Source: Macrostomum lignano
Taxonomy: Eukaryota
Reading direction: 5' to 3'
DNA: 64,000 nucleotides
NCBI GenBank assembly: GCA_002269645.1
Contig: NIVC01000041.1
Coordinates: 248,001 to 312,000, forward strand
In this document: in pieces, positions 21,745 through 33,059 of the stretch
Layout of the letters: every line of letters starts with the position of its first letter
How positions within the stretch are numbered: the stretch's first letter is position 1
Notes under the pieces: generated by a model
Seen by the model: only the letters and a program-made list of their open reading frames with translations
The model's database searches: none
Told to the model about the DNA's origin: nothing
Position numbers and translations under genes: made by a program

Positions 21745-24700
21745 ATGTCAGCAGCAGCAGCCGATGCCTCCTCGGACGAAGCCAGACTCGAACGAGTTCG
21801 CCGCCAACTGTCCGACGCCGGCCAGCTGCACCTCCTTGACGGCTGGCCGAGCCTATCCGGCGAGCAGCGGGTTCGGCTGCTTCGTCAACTCGAACGAATC
21901 GACTGGCCGGGCTTGTCCGCCGCTGTCCGAGCTGTCATGTCCGGCCAGCCGCCGCGACTTGGCGAAGGCTATGCGCCGCCTCCGGCCTCGGTTCGCGCCG
22001 GGCCTGGCGGACCGAGGGACTCCGAGCTGAGAGCCGCTGGTCTGGCCGCCGTGGCCGAGGGACGCGTGGGTCTGGTGCTGGTTGCTGGGGGACAGGTGAG
22101 ATTATTTAATTGCTTAGGGACAGGTGAGATTTTTTGTTTGCTGGGGGACAGGTGAGATTGATTGGTTGCTGGGGACAGTTGAGATTGATTGGTTGCTGGG
22201 GACAGGTGAGATTGTTTGGTTGCTGGGGGAATTAGTGAGATTGGTTCTGGGAGAATTGGTGAGATTTTTTGGTTGCTGGGGGACAGGTGAGTGAGATTGA
22301 TTGGTTGCTGGGGACAGGTGAGATTGTTTGGTTGCTGGGGGAATTGGTGAGATTGTTTGGTTGCTGGGGGAATTGGTGAGATTGTTTGGTTGCTGGGGGA
22401 ATTGGTGAGATTTTTTGGTTGCTGGGGCACAGGTGAGTGAGATTTGTTTGGTTGCTGGGGGAATTGGTGAGATTTTTTGGTTGCTGGGGGACAGGTGAGT
22501 GAGATTGATTGGTTGCTGGGGACAGGTGAGATTGTTTGGTTGCTGGGGGAATTGGTGAGATTGTTCGGTTGCTGGGGGACAGGTGAGTGAGATTATTTGG
22601 TTGCTGGGTGGCGGGTGAAATTGATTGGCTTCAGACCAAAAAGAAAATGGGTTGGTGTCGGCTTGTTGCTGGTTTCTATGGCAACATATGGAGCAATAAT
22701 AGGTATTGTACTCTTCGCTTAATCCGTTTGATAACCCGTCGAATTGGTCTCACTCTAGTTGCTATGGTTGTAGTACTGTGCAACGGTTGCTATGGCAACA
22801 ACTACAATTCGATTTATCATTTATCAGTACAATGGAGTGGTTAAATTTCTTAGCAACTGGTTGCTACGGGAGGATACTACTTCAAACACTTATCTTACAA
22901 ACGATCTTGTTTCCCTAATCCTGCCAGGCCACCCGCCTCGGCGCCACCGGCCCCAAAGGCGCCTACAATGTCGGCCTGCCCAGCGGCAAGTCTCTGTTCC
23001 AGTTGCACGCCGAGAAAGCCCTTCGAGTGGAAGCCATGGCCGGCGGCGGGCCCGGCCGCATAGCTTGGTACGTAATGACCTCGGACAGCACTGGACCGGC
23101 CACAGAGGCTCTGTTCCGCGGCGCCGGCTGCTTCGGTCTCCGGCCGGATTGTGTCAGATTCTTTGAACAAGGCTCGGTGCCATGCGTGGACACCGACGGG
23201 CGCGCGTTGATGGCCGGACCGGACGCTGTCCAGACTAGTCCGGACGGAAACGGCGGGCTTTATAGGGCATTAAGAGAGTCGGGCGCCCTGGCCGACATGC
23301 GACGCCGGGGTATCGCCTGCCTGCAGGTTAGAGAGGCCTATTGCATGCATTGCTGGATGTGGATGGGAGCTTTGAAGGAGAGGGAGCTTTCAAGATCGGT
23401 GGGAAGATTGTGAGATTGGTAGATAGATTAGAAGATCAGTAGTTATATCAGTAGATGAGTTAGAATATCGGTAGACGGTAGTTATATCGGTAGATGGGTT
23501 AGAAGATCGGTAGTTATATTAGAAAATCGGTTGGTAGATTGTTAGATGGGTTAGAAGATGGGTAGTTAGATTGTTAGATGGGCTAGAAGATCTGTAGTTG
23601 GATGAATTAGAAGATCGGTAGTTAGATCCGTAGATAGGTTAGAAGATTTGTACTAGTTCTAGTTAGATTAAATTAGAAGATCAACAGTTATATCAGTAGA
23701 TGGATTAGAAAATCGGCAGTTAGATCGGAAGATGGATTAGAAGATTTTTAGTTGGATTAGAAGATCGGTAGTTAGATTGTTAGATGGTTTAGAAAATCGG
23801 CAGTTGGATCGGTAAATCGCAATACTGCTAATTTGAGTAGCATACCTCATAACTGTCATCAGGTATTCGGCGTTGACAATATCCTCACACGAGTAGCCGA
23901 CCCTCTATTTATTGGCCACTGCCTATTAGAGCGCGTCTCTATGGCTGCTAAAGTAGTTGAGCGCACCCGGCCAGAGGAGAGAGTAGGCGTCGTGGCCGCC
24001 GACACGGCCTCCGGCGGCTACCGGGTGGTTGAGTACTCGGAGATGAGGCCGGAGGATGCCGCGGCTAGGGAGCCCGACGGTCAGCGGCTGCTGATGCGTG
24101 CGGCCAATATCTGCCAGCACTATTTCACGTTGGAATCGTTGGAATCCGTCTGTCAGCCTGAGAATGAGGTTAGACTGTTACCGTATCATGCGGCTAAGAA
24201 GAAGGTGCCTTATTGGGATGCTAATGCTGGTCAGATGGTGAGTTTTTTTGCTATGGCAATTTGTGTTGCAGTTGCGATTAATGGTTGCTAGGGCCTATTT
24301 TTAGCTATTATGCTGTACCATCGGTTAATTGTTGCTAAGATCTACACTACAGGACCCTGATGCAGTTGGTTAATTGTTGCTAAGGTCTAAAGGACCCTGA
24401 TGCAGTTGGTTAATTGTTGCTAAGGTCTAAAGGACCCTGATGCAGTTGGTTAATTGTTGCTAAGGTCTAAAGGACCATATGATGCAGTTGGTTAATTGTT
24501 GCTAAGGTCTAAAGGACCATATGATACAGTTGATTAATTGTTGCTAAGGTCTACAGGACCATAATGCAGTTGGTTAATTGTTGCTAAGGTCTACAGGTTC
24601 ATGATACAGTTGATTAATTGTTGCTAAGGTCTACAGGACCATAATGCAGTTGGTTGATTGTTGCTAAGGTCCACAGGTCCATGATACAGTTGGTTAATTG

Positions 24701-27700
24701 TTGCTAAGGTCTACAGGACCATAATGCAGTTGGTTGATTGTTGCTAAGGTCTACAGGACCATGATACAGTTGGTTAATTGTTGCTAAGGTCCACAGGTCC
24801 ATGATACAGTTGGTTAATTGTTGCTAAGGTCTACAGGACCATGATGCAGTTGGTTAATTGTTGCTAAGGTCTACAGGACCATGATGCAGTTGGTTAATTG
24901 TTGCTAAGGTCCACAGGTCCATGATACAGTTGGTTAATTGTTGCTAAGGTCTACAGGTTCATGATGCAGTTGGTTAATTGTTGCTAAGGTCCACAGGTCC
25001 ATGATACAGTTGGTTAATTGTTGCTAAGGTCTACAGGACCATGATGCAGTTGGTTAATTGTTGCTAAGGTCCACAGGTCCATGATACAGTTGGTTAATTG
25101 TTGCTAAGGTCTACAGGACCATGATACAGTTGGTTAATTGTTGCTAAGGTCTACAGGACCATGATTCAGTTGGTTAATTGTTGCTAAGGTCCACAGGTCC
25201 ATGATACAGTTGGTTAATTGTTGCTAAGGTCTACAGGTTCATGATGCAGTTGGTTAATTGTTGCTAAGGTCCACAGGTCCATGATACAGTTGGTTAATTG
25301 TTGCTAAGGTCTAAAGGACCATAATGCAGTTGGTTGATTGTTGCTAAGGTCTACAGGACCATGATGCAGTTGGTTAATTGTTGCTAAGGTCTACAGGTTC
25401 ATGATGCAGTTGGTTAATTGTTGCTAAGGTCTACAGGTCCATGATGCAGTTGGTTAATTGTTGCTAAGGTCTACAGGTTCATGATGCAGTTGGTTAATTG
25501 TTGCTAAGGTCTACAGGTCCATGATGCAGTTGGTTAATTGTTGCTAAGGTCTACAGGACCATAATGCAGTTGGTTAATTGTTGCTAAGGTCTACAGGACC
25601 ATGATGCAGTTAGCATATTCTGTCTACTGGGTTGTTAGCCGAACAAATGAACGGCAAAAAAGCGTTAAAAAAGAAAGCGTGCGTCCAAGTGCAGTTTATC
25701 ATTCGAAAGTACTTCGAAGCTCTCGTTTGAACTGGCCGCGTTGGGCGTCAGGTAGTACCGCCAAACTTCGTTGAACAATGGTCGTTGTCTGCCAGTGTCC
25801 TCAATGACGGCACATAACTTTTGTGGGACAACTCTCTGCGGCCAATGTCTTTCTCTATACAATTCACCAACTTCTTGTCACGGACTACTTAAGTAGAAGG
25901 ATGTGACACGCGCAAAAATGTGCAAATTTTATTGGCAGGCTGATTATTCAAGTTTATAATCCATGATGACGCAGTGCACGTGTAATCTCACGACAGCGGG
26001 TCGTCCGTCAAAAACGCTAAGGCATGTATTTATTTAGAAAATATTAAAAGCAACATACAATATTGAATATTCAAAAACATTATATAAACATAAAACACAA
26101 AACATAAACATAAACATAAACATTAAACATGAATATGGAATTTGAACAAAAACATGAAAAATAAACAAACATGAAAGATACGAGCAAAGAATATAATCAC
26201 AAAAAATAAGCACGGAACATGAACATAAAAGATGAATGTATACACTCACGGACAATGAAAGTATCCACTCTGATCTAGTGAGCCATTTCTCTCTGATCGC
26301 AACTGCAAGTTACGCAACTGGCATCCCGCGCGTGGGAATATTTTGGAATTGTGACAATAAAAGGCGCATTTATGACTTATCAGTTTCTATAGTGTAATAA
26401 CAATATACCGTTTCCCGCACGGGATGCCAGTTACGTAACTTGCAGTTGCGCTTGAATCCAGCACGGCAAGGACGACAGTCCGCATGTGAACGGACTCGTC
26501 GCTAAAACCCACCTCTGCGCCTTCTGGGTGCCGGATTGCGCGCAAGACTGGCTTCTATTTGGGCGACAGAGCGTCGCGTCTTCTAAGACTGCTAGTAGAA
26601 GCATAACAGGCTTACCGGCCCGGATGCGCTGAATTCTCCCATTTGTGACTAGCGCATTGGCAGTTACGCGAACTATGTAGTCCACACACTTAAATGGGTA
26701 CGCCGCACGAAGCTGCCGGTAAAAAACGGGCGCCAGCCGATTGAAGCGGTGTGCCCAATAGGCGCTGTGGCTGACGAATTGCTCGACAGGGACTGTGGAA
26801 AGTAAACCTGTGGTGTGACCAGAGCAAATGGGGACAATGTCGGTCGAGGCCGGGACATCAATGACACCAATGACGTCACCGGTTGCTGAAGCACCAGCAT
26901 GTCTGGCCTGTTTGAATGCAGCCAGTTTGTCGCATGTTCTTTAACGGCATCTGTCACCTCTGCTGCCCTCTTGGCCAAGTCGGCCGCATGCTCGGCTCTT
27001 ATGCCTACGCCTGCGGCGGCGTAGTTGGCTGGCAACCGTGCGGTTTCTGTCGCGCTTATTACAACACAGTGCTCAAAGTTGAGTTTAATTTATACGATTT
27101 AATTTACTAAGTGTAGTTCATTGAAGTAATTAATAGTTGGATATTAATTGGAAATGATAGTCTTTATTCGAGTGCAAATTTTATACACAAAAAAAAATTA
27201 CATTTTTGTTAAAGTGATTAACACTTGTAAAAATAAGCTGCCGGCCGCAGAGTTCTAAGAAAAAATTGGATTGCCTTCACAACCGCGAAAAGACTGCCGT
27301 ATATGATTTAGTGCAAAAATTTTAGCGGTTATGAAATTTCGCGTTTGTAAAACCACACAAAAATCACTGGCACCATCAGTTGACATATCTACGGGAAAAA
27401 GCCGGAAAAAATTGGATTCGATTTAACCAACAAACAACTCAGTCACTACGCTTTTCAATGTGGTTCCATTGATGGCCTTACTTCTTCAGGTTATGCTCGA
27501 TGCCCCACAGGAAGGACAGCGGTAAGTCTTCAGACAAGCCATTTTCGTTCCATCGCCGAGAGTTACGCGTTGCACACTTGCGTTGCTCTCTGCATACTGC
27601 TTCTTTAATTTCCTTAGATGCAGCGTGTTGATTCACCGCAGTGATTCCGTGCTGCTTGATAGAGAAAGTTTTCGAACAGAGATTGCAAAACGCGTCGCCA

Positions 27701-30700
27701 GGGCAGACACTTTTGCGGCACCAATCGCCAATTCGCTGCCTATTTTTTTAAAGTATTTTTTGCATACTTCATTTTGTATATTTCATTTAAAACGACAAAA
27801 TTACAGTGTAAAGCAAACATAGCGCAGATCATTAAATAGCGCAGAAAATAGAGCAAGCAAAAATAGCGCAGTGGTGGTCACAATGCCCGCACTTGCTGTC
27901 GTCATCAGCTGGGCCTGATAATCGATCTCTTCCTTAAAATTGTTCATGAGCATCGCAGACAGCTTTGCGCTTTCAAAAATTCGCTGCGGAAAAAGCTCGC
28001 GCTGGCAAACCTCGGCGGAAAACCTCCTCCGGGAAAGTCTCGTGCTCCCAGAAAAGCAGCGCGTTCATTGTATTAAGTTAATGAGTCAGGTACTCATTCC
28101 TTAACGACTCATTCCGTCGAATCGCCACAAAGATCTTCCAACAGTGATTTGTAAATGCGAAGGCGAATTTTGTCTGAAGCCTGATTTGGTCTAGAAATCC
28201 AGCTGCCAGCACAGCTCACAGTGTGGTCTTCGACCATGCAGATGTAACATGCTACAGACTGTCGGTGAAATCTCAAACATGTAATTGCAGAGCTTGCCCT
28301 CGTAAACTGAAGTCAGGAATCCTTTTGGCTTGCCGTCCTCTCTGATGGGGCACCCATCTGACAGCTTTCTGACTGCAGAATGGAATTAATTGTGCCATCT
28401 GACACGCCCACATTCTGCTCGAGCTCACGAGTGCTCACTTGCTTGTCATCGTTCAGCAGTCGCTTGGTGGCAGCCACAGTTGTTGGCGTGATGGCCGAGT
28501 TCGGACGTACTTCCTATGGGTCGTCGTCAAGACCGAATGCGGCTGTTCGAAAACAAGCACACCACTCGTACACGACGCTCTGGCTTTTCGCTTCACTTCC
28601 AAGCGCCATTTAAAGCTGCTGCGGGCACTGTGATAGTGATTTGCCCGAGTGAAACAGCAGCAGGAACATGTCACGCTTGTCACGTCGGGTCAGGTTTGGT
28701 AGAGAGTCATGACTTTTTTTCAGATTGAGATTTCAGATTCAGCATATAAGTGCAGAAAGCTGAATTTTTAGGCATAATCTCCTAACATATTTGTCCGCTC
28801 CACAGATACTATAAACATCTGTGGTCCGCTCTGCCCAAAAAATCTTTAAAAGATAACTTGTAAGAACTGCAATTTTCCGGAAACTTATTGAGCAGCCCTC
28901 GTACATCGCGTAACTTTCCAGCAATCGATTTAACCATAAAGCAGAGTATTGTCGAAGCTGGATTTTCGTCTTACATTCCGACAACTCCGGCAGAATATTC
29001 GATATGCCTGTTGAAGTGAATCTCATCGAACATTAGATTCATGTTGGACTCTGCGATTGGCAGTTTCTGACTTAGCTGTTGAATGTACGGCTTGTCGGAG
29101 ACGCCAGGGTCCACAAAGAGAGGACTAGGGATTGAAATCAACCTTCTAATGGAGGGTTGTGTCAGCACTGCTTTGTTCAATAGTGCCTGATAGCAAGATG
29201 TACTGACGAATCTTAGCACCATGGCAAACACTATAAATTAATTACTCGTAGGTGAAGATCAAGTTGTTCTCAAATAAACGGAACTTTCTGCAATTGTGGA
29301 TCCACAGAATCAATAAAATCCAGATAATTACCCAGACAGTCAAAAGCAGTTTCGTTTTTTATTGTTGTGTTCGACGAAGTCCAAGACTGTGCACTAGAAT
29401 GACAATCTCTACAAGCGTATTCCCCATAATCCCCAAAAAGTTCCTCAGGACCAGAGGCTCATAAAAATAGCATCACTGGACTGGAAGCTCCCACACACAT
29501 TTACCTCAGTGTGGCAGCCATTCCCAGCTTTTTTGTGAGCAACAAGGAATATCACTCAGAGGGTTCTTACGAGAGTCTTAAACACCAACACACAAGCGCT
29601 TTGTTTGGAGACATTGTTAATACTGATCTAAGAATTTTGACTTTATTATGAGAATTTATAAAAATAATAGAAAAAATAGGGCCAGGCTCTGAACAAGCGT
29701 GTTTAGGAATAATTACAGAACCCATGCGTAAATTAAGTCATAATGCAATTGTAGCTATATTTATCTACCTGAAACATTTTTAGCTTTAAAAAATGGTTCA
29801 TCAACCGAAAGCAAGACGCCGCACAGTTTGGCGATCTTTTGCTTCCTTCAACTTCCACGATTTATAGTGCTCTCCTTAGCCAGATTTTTCATAATGCAGT
29901 TGCAGAAAGCCTTTGCCAGGCCCGTCTTCACATCGTGGCCATGCGTGCAAATCACCAGCTGTATAACGAACTCCAGAAAGCCTTCATCGTTGGCCATCTC
30001 ATCCACAAGGCCATAGAAGACCTGCTGCTGCTTCTGCACAGTCAGGAATGCCTTGCCTTGAATGCTGTGAGTCCTTCCGTCGAATCTCCTCGAAGATTTT
30101 CCAGCAATGCATTACTCGTATAAGTGCGAAAGCTAGTTCCCGTTGGCTGGCACAGACCTTGGTTGATCTTGATGATTGTCAGAACCCAATCAACATCCAA
30201 CGGTAACACCTCTTCCTGTTCAAGAAGCAGCTCTCTGCACTCGTCACACTTTTGGTTCTGTTCGAACTTGCAAGCAACTGCGACGGTGACAAAAGATTCC
30301 CGAACAGAGCCAGAGTCGGAGGACAACTCGAAGGCACTGTCAGGGAATCCTATTGGCTCGCTGCGCTCCCCAGGAAGTGACTAACTAGTCAAGGCAGCAT
30401 ACAAGTTAAGGGGTTAAAGCTGAATTGGAAAGCATTGAATGAATAGTAAAATGCAACATTTTTCTTTAATTGATAACGCAAAGCCTTCAAAACTACTCTA
30501 TAATCCCCAATTTGGAATAGTATTATTACGAAACCGTCCTTTCTTTAGTGCAAAAAATATTTTACAACCCTTTGTGGCGAGCAACTCGAACGCCAGTAGA
30601 TCATGGAAACCCCCTTGAATGACATCGCGCCTTCGAGCAATGATCCTCACAGCGACGCATAGCACTCTCTCGTCGAGTCTGAGCAGGTGTCATGGTGGTA

Positions 30701-32084
30701 GGCCGCTCCTCAGGAACAGTTTTTTCTCAAGTAGAATGGCGCGCTGGTATGCTCAAGTTGGAAATCAAGTAGTTTACAAAAGATGCTGGGTACGACATTA
30801 GAAGTTTTTCAGCCGCTTTTGTTGTCCATCTGTTTCGGGGAATCGTAGAGATCCATTTTTCCAGAAGCTCCGGCTGTGCAGGTGGAGAAAATTTGCATCG
30901 AGACTGCCGGATCACCGGATGCTTCTCATATCGAGGCAGATAGGTGACACAAAGAAGCACATAGGAAAAGCCTTCATTGTCTAGCAAATGCCTTACACAG
31001 AAGGCCAGAGCACGACAAGAAGAAATTCTCCTTGGACAGGCCAGGATTGCCTGACTTGATCCTCCCACTGTTAAGAAAGTCAGCATACTCCTCCAGAAAC
31101 CGTAGCTTCCAGTCAAGCGATGAACGGACAGGATCCTGGCTGATGTCCTTTTCCTTGTACGGCGACTTGACATTGAGGAAATACCAAAGCTTCAGCCACC
31201 AAGGTGATGAAATCCGCGGAGCCTTGCCAGTGCCTACCATCATGTTCATAGTAGCTCGTAGTAGCGCAGAGTCAAAGACTGCGAGTCAAAGCTTTTTCTT
31301 CAGTGAGACCCCTGAACACGCATGCTTTTAGCAGTAAAGCAAAAACCTTTACAGCCGTTTGCAGTTTTGAAAAAGCATGCATAGTTTTGTTTTTTGCATA
31401 AAACATGAAACGAGTTGTAAGACCCAAAAAACCATCTTGAAAGCACTGATGGGTGGCTGAAAATTGGGAAAAAAGTGCTGACCAATCAGGAACCTTAGTA
31501 CAAGAGAGCTCAGCGCGTTAGAGACCCTAAACAAGACTCTTAAAACATAATTATCCTGAACATAACAGGCACAAAACGTGGTCGCAATGAACGATAACAG
31601 AGTTACCTGAACAAGATATTTACAGAACGTTTACAGTAGCGACTGCTCCATTTTATACGCATACAATAGGTTAAGTGTTGATGAATAATACTATTAGTGT
31701 CCTTTTATGTCCCCCCTCACGTCCTCCCGGCTCAATCAGGTGCATAGTCCGCCAACTGAGAACGCCATCAAATTTGAAAAATTCGTCTTCGACGTATTCC
31801 CCGCCGCCGGCTCGAGTTTCGCCTTGTGGGAGGCCGCTCGCTCCGAAGAATTTTCGCCGTTAAAAAATGCTCCGGGCTCCAGCTCGGACTGCCCGGAGAC
31901 TTGCCGGCGAGATGTGCTCGAACTGCATACAAAGTGGCTGCTAACCGCCACGTCAGCCAGCTCACTGGGCGGCTCTCGTCGCTATGCCGAAGTGTCGCCT
32001 TTGTTGAGCTACGCAGGCGAAGGTCTCGAAGGTGTCGACTTGTCTGGCAATCCGCCCGAGGGCCTGCTGTTTGTCGACGAGTGA
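21745..32084 (+). CDS. UAP1: UDP-N-acetylhexosamine pyrophosphorylase, 4 exons, 489 aa
   Basis: Exons 21745-22095, 22928-23326, 23863-24237, 31740-32084, all phase 0. Motifs VAGGQ|ATRLG...PKG, KSLFQLHAE, SPDGNGGLY, VDNIL...ADP.FIG, VVEYSE, NAIKFEKFVFDVF, EEFSPLKN, EVSPLLSYAGEGL. Confidence 0.96.
22096..22620 (+). repeat. Minisatellite made of copies of the exon-1 end plus 5' splice site (GTTGCTGGGGGACAG|GTGAG), UAP1 intron 1
   Basis: The unit reproduces the last 15 coding nt (VAGGQ) and the donor; 9 extra CAGGTGAG copies. Confidence 0.93.
23400..23815. repeat. Degenerate GTTAGAAGATCGGTAGTTAGAT-type array, UAP1 intron 2
   Basis: Direct reading. Confidence 0.75.
24325..25612. repeat. 40-bp minisatellite (GATGCAGTTGGTTAATTGTTGCTAAGGTCTACAGGACCAT), about 32 copies, UAP1 intron 3
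   Basis: Period 40 at 24841 and 24881. Confidence 0.95.
26298..26450. repeat. Fold-back (inverted repeat) element with ~40-bp arms, MITE-like
   Basis: CGCAACTGCAAGTTACGCAACTGGCATCCCGCGCGTGGGAA (26298-26338) matches the reverse complement of 26412-26450 with 2 mismatches and 1 gap. Confidence 0.85.
28330..28700 (-). pseudogene. Tc1/mariner transposase N-terminal (paired HTH) fragment
   Basis: Manual translation DKRDMFLLLFHSGKSLSQCPQQL*MALGSEAKSQSVVYEWCACFRTAAFGLDDDP*EVRP...KRLLNDDKQVSTRELEQNVGVSDGTINSIL, then (shifted) KAVRWVPHQ, the mariner WVPH motif. Confidence 0.75.
28740..29460 (-). pseudogene. P-element/THAP9-like transposase fragment, N-terminal part of the catalytic domain
   Basis: FAMVLRFVSTSCYQAL...LTQPSIRRL...PGV...NLMFDEIHFNRHIEY (first catalytic Asp), then ASTILCFMVKSIAGKLRDV; stops and frameshifts. 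Confidence 0.75.
29830..30360 (-). pseudogene. P-element/THAP9-like transposase fragment, C-terminal region
   Basis: FVTVAVACKFEQNQKCDECRELL...IKINQGLCQP and ICTHGHDVKTGLAKAFCNCIMKNLAK match the THAP9 C-terminal C..C / GL..P / C..H pattern. Confidence 0.65.
30640..31330 (-). pseudogene. P-element/THAP9-like transposase middle region fused to a THAP-domain fragment
   Basis: DFITLV/KLWYFLNVKSPY...LRFLEEYADFL...GLSKE/ALAFCVRHLLDNEGFSYVLL, followed directly by KFSPPAQPELLEKWISTIPRNRWT and NVVPSIF (THAP FP..W..AVPTIF pattern). Confidence 0.65.
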
Positions 32085-33059
32085 GCCGCAACCTGTTGGC
32101 TGATTTTGAATGAAAGATTTTCTAAATAACCTTAAAAGCCTACTTAGAGTAGTGAATTGGTGAGGAAAAGTTTTTATAAATATCAATTCCCAGAGAATTG
32201 GTTCGCTTATTAATCAGGAAATCTATTTATAGTCAGTCACAATACCTTATCTTCTGCGCTTCCTTTTGCTCGTTTTATTTTCCTTTTTTCATTCATAGCT
32301 GACATCTTGCTGCCTTTTGTAGCGTCTTTTAAATAACAAACAAATTTATCACCAATAATTATCTGGTCCTGTTATTACTATTTATTATAAAGTTCTGTTC
32401 ACAGTGCCACAAAGAATTGCGTGCTTGGCCGAATTGCTTGATGCAGTTGTTTTATTAGTTTATTATTTTACAATCTCTATATTAATATTTAGGCCTGAAT
32501 TGAGTGACTTATTAGTTGAACAATTAATTCATCTTTTAGTGTACTTTTTTCTGCACTTTATTTGTTTTCTGTTTACCCTGTTTTTTCTTTTAACTTTGTT
32601 TTATTAAACAGAAATTTAAACAGCTGCTTTTTCGGATATATACTTATTAAAGCGTGTGCCAAACTATATAATATTCTGCTTGATTTATTATTTATTTACT
32701 TGGAACTCTTGAGATAGCAACGTTTCTATGGTTACGGTTAAACAAAGTTCTTGTCTTCATAGATCAAATAAGTTTTTTTAGACGATGCATGTTTATTGTA
32801 TATTTTATCTATTAGCATGTTTATATTATATTTCCTCTATTGAAATTAAAATCTGTGTTGGTCTATATCATACTAACATTACAAAGTGTAGTTTATCGAG
32901 CGTGACAGACAGTACTATTAGTGACTTCAGTTCCCACCTACTCACTATTGAATAAAAAATGAACAAAACAGATTTTTAAACTTACATAATAATGTACTTG
33001 TGATTATCGTGCATTCATTTTTTATAAGCTTGTAGGCGTCCCTGAAGTGATAAGTGGAG

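Noticed and set aside
21707-22030. Upstream ATG ORF (MIAKTFMRK...) as the UAP1 start
   Set aside because: Out of frame with the UAP1 homology; at most an overlapping uORF.
27960-28150. Mab-21/cGAS-like fragment (CWKIFVAIRR...LTH*LNTMNALLFWEHETFP, minus strand)
   Set aside because: Short, interrupted by stops, and another frame looks equally coding; cannot be supported without a profile search.
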